Shown here in pieces: positions 7,963 through 16,398 of a DNA stretch of 64,000 nt (positions within the stretch are counted from its first letter, which is position 1; the number at the start of each line of letters is the position of its first letter). This DNA is from a bacterium. Its GTDB lineage: Bacteria > Patescibacteriota > Minisyncoccia > Sungbacterales > SURF-37. A program made the position numbers and the translations under genes. The notes beneath the pieces were generated by a model, which searched no databases, had not been told where the DNA came from, and worked only from the letters and a program-made list of their open reading frames with translations. The stretch covers positions 12,836-76,835 of the forward strand of contig JAUSHI010000004.1 in the NCBI GenBank assembly GCA_030648055.1. The letters are read 5' to 3'.

Positions 7963-9882
7963 TTAATCAACGGACGCCCGGATTCGTCTGATCCCGGCTG
8001 AAGAGGCCTCTTCTTTAATGATTTTGAACTTTCCAATCTCCCCCGTATGCGTTACATGCGGGCCGCCGCAAAGTTCTTTGGAAAATGTTTCTTTTTTATC
8101 ACCTACCGTATAGACCTTAACACGGGTCGGATATTTTCCTTTGAAGGAAAATAACGCGCCCGATTTTTTTGCCTCTTCCAACTCCATTTCCTGTATTGTA
8201 ACGGGGAAATCTTTTTTAACTGCGTAATTAACCAGTTCTTCAATTTTCATTATTTCCTCAGCGGTAAGTTTCCTTGAGAATGTGAAATCAAACCGGGTGC
8301 GTTCAGCGTTGATATCGGAGCCGCGTTGCGATATTTCATCTCCGAGTGTTTTTTGAAGCGCTGAATTTAAAAGGTGGGTTGCGGTGTGAAGGCGCGTAAC
8401 TTTTTTAAGTTCTTCTTCGTTAGCGGCTTTTAATTCCCCGGTATCAAGAATTAGGCCGTGGCCGCCGAATTTTTTCTCAACGCCGGCGCGAGAAATTTCC
8501 TGGTGCTTCTCGAAGGCTTCTTTAGCTTCTTTCCAAAATTTTGATTCATCTATCTCTAAAATGCGGTACTTGCGCGCAAGCTGGGCAATTCGCTCTAAAT
8601 GAACACCTGTCCGCTGTTGAATGTCAAATGCCTCTGCACCAGATAAATGATACGCATCCAAAAGATTTTGATACGGGGTAACATCAACTCCTCTCTTTTT
8701 GTCTATTTTGTCGGATGGTAATTTTGATCGTTTCTCTTTTCTAAGTTCGGTAAGTAGTTGGAGGAGGAGACTTCTATCTGTTTCATTTTTAGCTTTATCA
8801 ATAATTTTTTTCACAATCTCAGCTTCGGCTGTTACTTCTTCGACTTGATTGAAACGCTCTCTTTCGTTTTTAAACTCATTTCGTATATTTTCGTTCTCCC
8901 GCAAAAGCTCCGGATAAAATTCTCCATACTCATGCACAATATCGTGGATAACCGCATCAAAGATATGTAACGAAATGTTATACGTTTTCTCATACACAAA
9001 AGTCCTCCGGAGCAATCGGCGCAGAATATATCCGGCCTCTTTATTGGAAGGCCTAACGCCGTCACCCAAAAGAAATGTTGATGCCCGAAGATGATCAATG
9101 ATTATCCTCTTGTGACAGATAACCACTTCACCGGGAAGAAGTTCCATGAGGGGCGCGAAAAGATCGGTTTCAAAAATATTCGTCGCGTTTTGCAAAACTT
9201 TTGCAATGCGCTCCAATCCCCAGCCAACATCCACGCCTTTTTGCGGAAGCGGTGTTAAGTCGCCGTCGTTCGCGCAGTAATATTCCATAAAAACGAGCGT
9301 GGCAATCTCCAAGTCATCAACATATACTTCATTGGCGGCGCCACACGGTCCCTCTGGGCCGGGCGGACCCCACACATTATCGGCTCGCGGGCCCTTACGA
9401 ATGCGTTCGCGTGGTAAAAACCTAGTCCAGGCATCATAGGATTCCTGATCAAAGGGTATTTTTTCGTCGCCAGCGAAAACGGTGGCCGAAATTCGTTCCG
9501 TGTCTATTTTAAAAATTTGCGTTAGCAGTTCATGGGTCCACTCTATAGTTTCCTTCTTGAAATAATCACCAAAAGAAAAATGTCCCAACATTTCAAAAAA
9601 AGTTAAGTGAGATTCGTCCCCCACTTCGTCAATGTCGGAGGTACGGAAACTTTTTTGTATCGAGACGGCTTTGCGAGAACCTAAATCGTGCATTGGGTCG
9701 GCTTTGCTCAAAAAATACGGTTTAAATTGCTGCATGCCTGACGTCGTTAAAAGCACCGATGGGTCGTCGGGAATAAGCGAAGACGAAGGCACGACTGCAT
9801 GTCCCCGTTTCTCAAAAAAATCCAGGAATTTTTTCCTTATTTCATTTGCCTCCACAGGGATATTAAAGCAAAATACTGCCAA
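7963..9882 (-). CDS. alaS: alanine--tRNA ligase, short form (639 aa, no C-Ala domain)
   Basis: N-terminal IRKKFLDFFEKRGHAVVPSSSLIPDDPSVLLTTSGMQQFKPYF. Editing-domain HTATHLL...CGGPHV motifs at the C-terminus. Confidence 0.9.
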   Translation of the reverse strand: MAVFCFNIPVEANEIRKKFLDFFEKRGHAVVPSSSLIPDDPSVLLTTSGMQQFKPYFLSKADPMHDLGSRKAVSIQKSFRTSDIDEVGDESHLTFFEMLGHFSFGDYFKKETIEWTHELLTQIFKIDTERISATVFAGDEKIPFDQESYDAWTRFLPRERIRKGPRADNVWGPPGPEGPCGAANEVYVDDLEIATLVFMEYYCANDGDLTPLPQKGVDVGWGLERIAKVLQNATNIFETDLFAPLMELLPGEVVICHKRIIIDHLRASTFLLGDGVRPSNKEAGYILRRLLRRTFVYEKTYNISLHIFDAVIHDIVHEYGEFYPELLRENENIRNEFKNERERFNQVEEVTAEAEIVKKIIDKAKNETDRSLLLQLLTELRKEKRSKLPSDKIDKKRGVDVTPYQNLLDAYHLSGAEAFDIQQRTGVHLERIAQLARKYRILEIDESKFWKEAKEAFEKHQEISRAGVEKKFGGHGLILDTGELKAANEEELKKVTRLHTATHLLNSALQKTLGDEISQRGSDINAERTRFDFTFSRKLTAEEIMKIEELVNYAVKKDFPVTIQEMELEEAKKSGALFSFKGKYPTRVKVYTVGDKKETFSKELCGGPHVTHTGEIGKFKIIKEEASSAGIRRIRASVD

Positions 9883-9918
9883 TACGGCAATATAAATTGA
9901 GCATGGATTATTGCTTGT

Positions 9919-11268
9919 TTATGTTTTTTGAGCGGAACTTAAAGGCAAAAAGATTTTCACCGTAGTGCCTTTTTCCGGCAAACTTTCAAGTGAAATACTG
10001 CCTCCATGCTGTTCAATAATCCGTTTTGTGTAATAAAGTCCAAGACCAGATCCGTCGGGAGAGGTTTTAATGGCTTCCGGAGAGCGGAAAAATTTAGTGA
10101 ATACTTTCGCGGCCTCCGTTTCGCTCATTCCTATTCCCTGATCTGACACGGAAATCATTATTCCTCCGTTTGCGCGCTCGCTCATGATTGTCACTTCGGT
10201 ATTCTCCCTTTTTGAATAGCGGATAGCGTTGTCTATGATGTTTGAGATTGCCTGTTTTAAAGATTGTTGAATGCCGTTAAGGGTAATGCCGTCGGCGAGC
10301 AGTAGAACAAGTTTAATTTTTTTCTCGTGGGCAAGGAGTTGCAGTTCGTTCACGATATCCTTGAGAAGTGACGCAAGGTCAAATTGCGTTGGTTGCAGGA
10401 GGCCCACCTGTTCTTCTACTTTTACCGCATCCAACATTCCCGATACGATGGTTATCATTCGTCTGGTATTTTCAAACGAAAGTTCCACCACCCTTTTTTG
10501 GTCTTCATTAAGATTCGCGCCGGTTTCTTTCAGGTTTGAAAGTGCCCACATAATACCCGAAAGCGGAGTGCGTATTTGGTGGGAAGCAACGCCGATAAAT
10601 TCAGTCTTGAGGCGGTCGAGTTCTTGCAAACGGTCTAATTCCACCTGCAGTTCAACGGCTTTGCGTTGCACTATCAGCGCTTCATCCGCCAATACGCGCG
10701 ATTCAAACGTAAGTATGGCGAGTATCGTAATTTCAATGAATGTCAGGCCTGCCGTTTCTAAAAAACTGTATCCCGTCGCTGGCATGAAATTAAAAAAATT
10801 ATAAAAAATTATAGCAGTTGATGTCGTGCAAACTGTGATTATGATATCGCGCCAATTATAGGAAAGGGCATTGATAATTCCAAAAAGCAAAAGATAAAAA
10901 AAGAGCATTAAGAGGCCGGCAAATCCTCTTAGGTTCCAAAAAATAAGGAAAAACAGCAAATAAAAGATGAGGTCGGCTACAAGATATCCGAAGCGAGGTA
11001 TATATTTCGCGGGTATTAAAAAGTAATAGACGATTGCGAAACCTATCGCGAAAATAAGAAAGGTAACAAATTCACGAAAATTTATAAAGCGGCCGAGCGT
11101 TAGGAGTATTGCGGGAAGGATTACAAGGATTGAAATGCCGACTAAAATCCGCGCGATAAGATGAGAGCGCTGGTGGACTTTTCCGCCGGTAATAATAACT
11201 CCCTCCGCGGGTTTTTTATCTTCCTGCTTTTTTTCCTCTGGCATGTGATTATTGTAGCACAAAAACAA
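9919..11268 (-). CDS. membrane sensor histidine kinase; no response regulator adjacent
   Basis: Multiple TM helices, H-box ASHQIRTPLSGI, HATPase N/G boxes (IIDNAIRYS, DQGIGM, GSGLGL). Alternative ATG at 11244. Confidence 0.85.
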   Translation of the reverse strand: MFLCYNNHMPEEKKQEDKKPAEGVIITGGKVHQRSHLIARILVGISILVILPAILLTLGRFINFREFVTFLIFAIGFAIVYYFLIPAKYIPRFGYLVADLIFYLLFFLIFWNLRGFAGLLMLFFYLLLFGIINALSYNWRDIIITVCTTSTAIIFYNFFNFMPATGYSFLETAGLTFIEITILAILTFESRVLADEALIVQRKAVELQVELDRLQELDRLKTEFIGVASHQIRTPLSGIMWALSNLKETGANLNEDQKRVVELSFENTRRMITIVSGMLDAVKVEEQVGLLQPTQFDLASLLKDIVNELQLLAHEKKIKLVLLLADGITLNGIQQSLKQAISNIIDNAIRYSKRENTEVTIMSERANGGIMISVSDQGIGMSETEAAKVFTKFFRSPEAIKTSPDGSGLGLYYTKRIIEQHGGSISLESLPEKGTTVKIFLPLSSAQKT

Positions 11269-11295
11269 AGTGCGTGTTTTCAGGCGTCCTGTTTT

Positions 11296-12387
11296 TTACG
11301 AATCAATCACGGCGCCCCCGAGACAGCACCCCCGAAGATAGAATACTATTGATTGTCCAGCGGCAACCGCCCGTTGCGGTGTGCTAAAAATAATGTTTAG
11401 CCTCTCGCCGTTTATGCTTTCAATTCGGCACGTCTGCCGCGGCTGGCGATAACGGATCCGCGCCTCAATTGGCGCATTGGCATTCGGCGCCATTCCTGAA
11501 ATCCAGTTTATCTGACTTGCTTGAAGAGATGTTTTATAAAGCTTTTCATTTAAATTTCCTTCAGCAACAACAAGCGTGTTTGATGAAAAATCTTTTTCTG
11601 TAACATAATACGCTGTCCCTCCGCCGATGCCGATGCCATGCCGCTGGCCTATGGTATAGAATTCAAGACCTTCATGCTCCCCAACTATTTTTCCAGAAGT
11701 GGTGAGAACCTTTCCGCGATTTTCGGTTATGCGCGTTTTTAAAAATTCGCGTACGTCAATTTTCCCGATAAAACACAGCCCTTGGCTCTCTTTTTTTTCC
11801 GCGGTCGGCAAATTGAATTTTCGCGCTAAAGAGCGTACTTCCGGCTTTAGGTATTCCCCAATTGGAAACATTGTGCGGCTAAGTTCGTTTTGGGTGAGCG
11901 TCCATAAAAAATAACTTTGGTCCTTATTTTTATCCACTGCCTCCATAAGTTCATAAGTGTTGCCGGCTGTTTTTGAAGTTCGCGCGTAGTGGCCGGTGGC
12001 TATAAAATCCGCGCCTTCATTTAATGCCTGCTTTAAAAATACGCCAAATTTTATTTCGCGATTACACATTACGTCCGGGTTTGGCGTGCGGCCGATAGAA
12101 TATTCACGAATCATATAATCAACAACTGTGGCGCGGTATTCTTCTGTAAAATCCCAGGTCTCAAAAGGAATATTGAGTGCGGCGGCAACGCGCATGGCAT
12201 CATAGCGGTCTTCCTTTGTGGTGCATGGAATGCTTGGGTCAGACCACATTTTTATATGCACTCCGCGGACATTAAAACCCCCCTCTTTAAGGAGGGCCGC
12301 GGCAACCGAACTATCAACGCCGCCGGAAAGCGCTATGATTACTTTTTTTGTTTTCTCGCTTGACATGATTTTATTTACTCGTGCCAA
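11296..12387 (-). CDS. mnmA: tRNA-specific 2-thiouridylase
   Basis: PP-loop ALSGGVDSSVAA, then ...CNREIKF...ATGHYAR. ATG start likely at 12366. Confidence 0.92.
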   Translation of the reverse strand: MARVNKIMSSEKTKKVIIALSGGVDSSVAAALLKEGGFNVRGVHIKMWSDPSIPCTTKEDRYDAMRVAAALNIPFETWDFTEEYRATVVDYMIREYSIGRTPNPDVMCNREIKFGVFLKQALNEGADFIATGHYARTSKTAGNTYELMEAVDKNKDQSYFLWTLTQNELSRTMFPIGEYLKPEVRSLARKFNLPTAEKKESQGLCFIGKIDVREFLKTRITENRGKVLTTSGKIVGEHEGLEFYTIGQRHGIGIGGGTAYYVTEKDFSSNTLVVAEGNLNEKLYKTSLQASQINWISGMAPNANAPIEARIRYRQPRQTCRIESINGERLNIIFSTPQRAVAAGQSIVFYLRGCCLGGAVIDS

Positions 12388-12661
12388 TAAACTATCAGCT
12401 TAAGTGACAAAATACAAGAAGATGCAGCAATGCAAACGTATATTTGTTGAGTGGCAATAAAAAAATAAAATATTGCTTCAGAGCAGTACTTAGCATTGAC
12501 AGTTATTAATTTTTATGCTATTTTTTATGCGTATTAATCCGGTCTTTTACAACTGATTTTAGCTCTCAAAACTCAAAACGACCTGTTTTGTTCCGGGTAA
12601 TCTCTGGCCTAACGCCGGTGAGCAATCTTTTTGCGAACCGGAAGCGCTAAAAATAGCGCGC

Positions 12662-12722
12662 GAGCCGGCAGGGATATTCCGGGCAATCCGGAATAGTTCC
12701 GCATCGCGCGGAACGCCAGCTC
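12662..12722 (+). promoter_or_regulatory. three-way-junction leader directly abutting the SD of the helicase gene
   Basis: Outer helix GAGCCGGC/GCCAGCTC encloses hairpins ATTCCGG-GCAAT-CCGGAAT and GTTCCGC-ATCGC-GCGGAAC. SD GGGGAG at 12724, ATG at 12735. Confidence 0.4.
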
Positions 12723-15191
12723 GTGGGGAGACAAATGGCTGAACCGCTGAATTTTCCTATTTTGGCGCATGAGGAGGAAATCTTTGCGCGCCTAAGAGAA
12801 AATCAGGTTATTGTGGTGGTTGGTGAGACGGGGTCCGGGAAAACCACCCAGATTCCCCTATTTCTCTACAAGGCCGGCTATGCTGGCAATGATAAAAGAA
12901 TTGGTATTACCCAGCCGCGGCGAATTGCGGCAACGTTTGTTGCCAAGTTTGTCGCGGAAGGTCTTGGTGTGAGGATTGGCAATGAAGTCGGCTATAAAAT
13001 ACGTTTTGATGACAATACGGATAACACGGACGAAGGAACCGCGGTCAAGTTCATGACCGACGGCATTCTTCTTCGCGAAGCCCAACTTGACCCAGAACTT
13101 TCCCAGTATTCCGTAATCATGGTGGATGAGGCCCATGAGCGGAGTCTCAATATTGACTTCGTGCTCGGGCTCATCAAGGATGTTCTGCCGCGTCGCCCAG
13201 ACATCAAGGTTGTGGTAACTTCAGCGACCATCAACCCTCAAAAGTTCGCAAATTATTTTGGTAGCGCACCGATTGTTTCTGTTTCTGGCCGGATGTTTCC
13301 GGTGGAAATCAGGTATCACTCCCGATGCTATCCTTACGGCATGAACGGGGAAAAAGTAATTAAAGCCGTAGTGGATGAAGTTTTTGGAATCTGTGCAAAT
13401 GACAATGTTGATGCTGACGGAGATGTGCTCGTTTTTATGACGGGCAAGGACGACATTGATGCCACCGCCAGAAGACTTCAAGAAGAGCTTGGCGACATGA
13501 AATCCGGTATTGTTGTTCTGCCTGTTTACGGCGCTATGATGCCGGAGGAACAGCAGAGAATTTTTAGGCGGTATCCAAATAAACGCAAGGTAATTCTCGC
13601 GACTAACATCGCGGAGACCTCGCTTACTATTGATGGCGTTGTCTACGTCATTGATAGCGGGTATATCAAGCAAACCGGATACAATTCACAGTCGGGTGTC
13701 GGCTCACTTAATGTCATTGAGCATTCGCGTGCCGGTTGCGACCAGCGCGCGGGGCGTGCTGGTCGCACAAAGCCAGGCGTGTGCATTCGGCTTTACACCG
13801 AAGAGAACTATGGGTCGCGACAACTCTTCACTACGCCCGAGATTCTTCGTACGGATCTTGCCGGTGTGGTATTGCAGATGATTGCGATGGGCATAGCCGA
13901 TGTTGAGAATTTTGATTTCATAGATCCGCCGGATAAAAAAGCATTTCATGATGCTCATAAAACTTTGCGCGCGCTTGGCGCCATTGATCAAAAAGATAAC
14001 CTGACCAAGATCGGTGAGATGATGTCAGCACTTCCTCTTGAGCCGCGCATCGGCCGAATGCTGATTGCCGCGCGTGAACGGGGTTGTCTGGAAGAAGTAG
14101 CCATAATCGCGGCATCTCTCGGCCAGCGCCCACCCTTTGTTATGCCACGGGATAATGATGAGAAGTGGGATGCGAAAAGGGCACATACCGAGTTCAAAGA
14201 TGCTTATTCGGATTTTCAGTCGTTGCTGAATGTTTACGACGCGTATCACTCCGCTGGTGCCGAGCGCGATTGGTGCGTTCAGCGGTTTATTGATTGGAGA
14301 GTAATGGAAGAAATAATGAAGATTGAAGAGCAAATCGTTCAGGTGCTTTTGGATAACGGCTTTGAGCCGTCTTCAAGCTCTTCACGCGAAGACATCACGC
14401 TCGCGGTAGCAAGCGGCCTTGCGCAAAATCTTTGCGAAAAAACAGGACGCCATAACTATACGCGTGAAGGAACAGATGAGGCAATTTTTATCCATCCCGG
14501 GTCGGGTCTTTTCAAGGGTCAGGCCGGAATGTTCATTGTCTGCGCCGAACTTCGTACCACATCACGGTGTTTCGCTCTTGGATGCGCCGCGATAGAGCCG
14601 GCATGGCTTCCGGAAATAGTTCCGCAACATTGCCAGGTCCGACCCAAGGGTTTGGCGCGATACGATGCCGATAAATCGGTTGCCGTGTTGGAAGAGGAAG
14701 TTTTATACAAAGGGCGCGCGATGGGTTCGCGTGAACGGAAGATTTCACTTCGCAAGGCCCACGAGCTTCAGAATGCCCAGATAAAAGAGGCCCTAAGGAT
14801 GGGTTACAAAAAACTTACGGTCATTGAAGGACGATCACGGTTTGACAGACGCGCTGTAAGCTCGGACGGAACGCAATATGAACTTCCATACTTTGATAAC
14901 TCCGAGCCTGGCGAATATTATTGTGAAATTGTGTCTAGTGAGAAGCGCGGACTATATCCGATGACTTTTTCCGGACGGCGTAGGTTATATCGGCGCGAAC
15001 CATACGATCATCATCAGCGGTCCTTTTCTACACCCGAAGTTCATGACCAGGCTATTCCTAAGGTTTGTGTGATTGATCTTCCTCCGTTGCCGACAGAACC
15101 GGCTGGGAACATAAAAGAGGCCAAACCCGCGGTAGCAAATTTAGCTATTCAGCTTCTCGCGGATAAGTTCAAAGACGCGAGAGCAAGGTAA
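12723..15191 (+). CDS. DEAH/RHA-box ATP-dependent helicase (HrpA/HrpB family)
   Basis: GETGSGKTTQ (motif I), DEAHER (II), TSATI (III), QRAGRAGR (VI), followed by an HA2/OB-like region. ATG probably at 12735. Region is visibly G+C-richer. Confidence 0.9.
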   Translation: MGRQMAEPLNFPILAHEEEIFARLRENQVIVVVGETGSGKTTQIPLFLYKAGYAGNDKRIGITQPRRIAATFVAKFVAEGLGVRIGNEVGYKIRFDDNTDNTDEGTAVKFMTDGILLREAQLDPELSQYSVIMVDEAHERSLNIDFVLGLIKDVLPRRPDIKVVVTSATINPQKFANYFGSAPIVSVSGRMFPVEIRYHSRCYPYGMNGEKVIKAVVDEVFGICANDNVDADGDVLVFMTGKDDIDATARRLQEELGDMKSGIVVLPVYGAMMPEEQQRIFRRYPNKRKVILATNIAETSLTIDGVVYVIDSGYIKQTGYNSQSGVGSLNVIEHSRAGCDQRAGRAGRTKPGVCIRLYTEENYGSRQLFTTPEILRTDLAGVVLQMIAMGIADVENFDFIDPPDKKAFHDAHKTLRALGAIDQKDNLTKIGEMMSALPLEPRIGRMLIAARERGCLEEVAIIAASLGQRPPFVMPRDNDEKWDAKRAHTEFKDAYSDFQSLLNVYDAYHSAGAERDWCVQRFIDWRVMEEIMKIEEQIVQVLLDNGFEPSSSSSREDITLAVASGLAQNLCEKTGRHNYTREGTDEAIFIHPGSGLFKGQAGMFIVCAELRTTSRCFALGCAAIEPAWLPEIVPQHCQVRPKGLARYDADKSVAVLEEEVLYKGRAMGSRERKISLRKAHELQNAQIKEALRMGYKKLTVIEGRSRFDRRAVSSDGTQYELPYFDNSEPGEYYCEIVSSEKRGLYPMTFSGRRRLYRREPYDHHQRSFSTPEVHDQAIPKVCVIDLPPLPTEPAGNIKEAKPAVANLAIQLLADKFKDARAR

Positions 15192-15201
15192 TAGTTTCAC
15201 T

Positions 15202-15235
15202 CGGCAGAAGGATTTCAAATCCTCTGCCGGTTTTT
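15202..15235 (+). terminator. rho-independent terminator of the helicase gene
   Basis: CGGCAGAAGGATT-TCAA-ATCCTCTGCCG followed by a T run. Confidence 0.7.
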
Positions 15236-15590
15236 ATTATGTTTGAAATTTAATGCTTGGCGCGTTTTTAAAAACTCGTCAAAAAATTTCCTACTTCCTC
15301 AACTCCTCCATTTTTGCCAATCGCCGCCGGTTGGCTAACGACTTAAGCGGCCGTTCAAGTTCTTTCATATTTTTATTGTTATATAAATATGAATTTGAAT
15401 ATATCACTATATGACACAAACAGATCTACCAGATCCATTCTACTATTCGCGCGAATTAGAGAAGGTACTATAGATGCCGCAGGATTCTGTAAACGAGAAA
15501 AACTCGCAATGCGGGTTTTTTTATAAGTTTCTACTAATGCATGGAAGCCCATTGTGAAATAGGAAAAATTCCTTTTAATCTCTGTCTTAG

Positions 15591-15649
15591 TAGGTGTGTC
15601 AGGGATTGAACCTGGGACCTCGTCATTACCCGCCACGGCGGGCGCGCTT
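15591..15649 (-). pseudogene. 3' part of a disrupted tRNA-Ile-like gene (anticodon-stem 3' strand, variable loop, T-arm, acceptor 3' strand)
   Basis: Reverse complement is TAATGACGAGGTC-CCAGG-TTCAATC-CCTGA-CACACCT-A. It aligns to the intact tRNA-Ile with compensatory stem changes. No 5' half is adjacent. Confidence 0.65.
15616..15649. repeat. 34-bp direct repeat R, right copy
   Basis: GACCTCGTCATTACCCGCCACGGCGGGCGCGCTT matches 15994..16027 at 33 of 34 positions. Contains the GC palindrome CCCGCC-NN-GGCGGG. Confidence 0.9.
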
Positions 15650-15886
15650 TATCCATTTTCGGCCGGTTCCTGTTTTAAGAAATTTCTCAAATTGCAATGC
15701 TTCACGACGGGTCTTGAAGTTTGTTGCATAAATTAATTTCCAAGGCCCTTTACGGTATGTCGTTTTATGCAATCTCGCTTTTGAGGGCGATAGATCATTG
15801 TGCATTAAAATGCGCTCGGTGATATTCTCGGTACTGCCAGTATATTTTCTCCCCAATTCATTTTCGATAACGTAAGTAAAATACAT
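15626..15886 (-). CDS. GIY-YIG (URI-domain) nuclease family protein, 86 aa
   Basis: MYFTYVIENELGRKYTGSTENITERILMHN... matches the GIY..YIG..R..H(N) pattern. The last 8 codons and the stop lie inside repeat R. Confidence 0.85.
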   Translation of the reverse strand: MYFTYVIENELGRKYTGSTENITERILMHNDLSPSKARLHKTTYRKGPWKLIYATNFKTRREALQFEKFLKTGTGRKWIKRARRGG

Positions 15887-15993
15887 GTTTTAATTTTCTT
15901 TGGTGGGCGTGCATGGGATCGAACCATGGACCTCGTCATTATCAGTGACGCGCTCTACCACTGAGCTACACGCCCACCAAAGAAAACTATAAA
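15650..15993 (-). mobile_element. insertion cassette between the direct repeats (intact tRNA-Ile plus GIY-YIG gene)
   Basis: Segment bounded by the two R copies. It separates the 5' and 3' parts of a tRNA-Ile-like gene. Confidence 0.5.
15901..15975 (-). tRNA. tRNA-Ile (anticodon GAU), CCA encoded
   Basis: Reverse complement folds as GGGCGTG-TA-GCTC-AGTGGTA-GAGC-G-CGTCA-CTGATAA-TGACG-AGGTC-CATGG-TTCGATC-CCATG-CACGCCC-A-CCA. Confidence 0.9.
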
Positions 15994-16055
15994 GACCTCG
16001 TCATTACCCGCCGCGGCGGGCGCGCTTCTGACTCACCCACTGAGCTACACACCCC
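15994..16055 (-). pseudogene. 5' part of the disrupted tRNA-Ile-like gene, fused to the left copy of repeat R
   Basis: Reverse complement is (G)GGGTGTG-TA-GCTC-AGTGGGTGAG..., about 21 of 23 identical to the tRNA-Ile 5' end. It then diverges into R (15994..16027). Confidence 0.65.
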
Positions 16056-16076
16056 TAAAACGCGCCTAAGGCGCGT
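16056..16076 (-). terminator. hairpin terminator upstream of the tRNA cluster
   Basis: On the minus strand: ACGCGCC-TTA-GGCGCGT followed by TTTT. Confidence 0.55.
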
Positions 16077-16148
16077 CCGGGCGATCAATCCCATATTTAG
16101 CGGGATTGATTTAGCCAAAACAAATCAATAATAATAAAAAAACGCAAT

Positions 16149-16388
16149 TTAGGCAATTGCGTCTCGTTTTTCGTAGACGGATCTTGTGATTCTGATCAGC
16201 ACCATGTTTTTTTCTTTGGCGATGGTATTCGCCCTTTGACGCGCCTTCTGCTCATTCTTTGCAGAAAATCTTGCGTGATCACGTTGATAGACTGGTGCTT
16301 GCGGCTCCATACCACCAAATTCGCGGAGAAGTGTCATACCGTGTATATCTTTTGTCTTTGACCTGAACTCTGCTTCAAACTTTACCAT
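16149..16388 (-). CDS. small hypothetical protein (79 aa)
   Basis: Strong SD AAGGAGGG lies 5 nt before the ATG at 16388; the track ORF extends to 16448. No motif recognised. Confidence 0.5.
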   Translation of the reverse strand: MVKFEAEFRSKTKDIHGMTLLREFGGMEPQAPVYQRDHARFSAKNEQKARQRANTIAKEKNMVLIRITRSVYEKRDAIA

Positions 16389-16398
16389 TATTCCCTCC

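Noticed and set aside
12630-12700. CCGGAAGC / GGCAGGG strings resembling SRP RNA helix 8.
   Set aside because: The flanks do not form the GGAA-tetraloop helix or the conserved symmetric loop, so it is not SRP-like on inspection.
12858-14755. A dense set of antisense ORFs inside the helicase gene, with similar sets inside gdh (30218..31595).
   Set aside because: These are a by-product of higher G+C content, which gives fewer stop codons. No motifs were seen, and they are nested in well-supported genes.
15379-15636. 85-aa track ORF overlapping the tRNA 3' fragment and the AT-rich spacer. Also a 47-aa plus-strand ORF at 15389..15532.
   Set aside because: The first starts inside tRNA-derived sequence. 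Neither has an SD or a recognisable motif, and the flanking hairpin is weak. Both are treated as non-coding.
15591-16055. Reading the interrupted tRNA as a group I intron-containing tRNA whose intron encodes a homing endonuclease.
   Set aside because: I could not recognise group I core elements. The interruption contains a complete second tRNA and is flanked by 34-bp direct repeats, which fits insertion or duplication better. This is not formally excluded without a covariance-model search.
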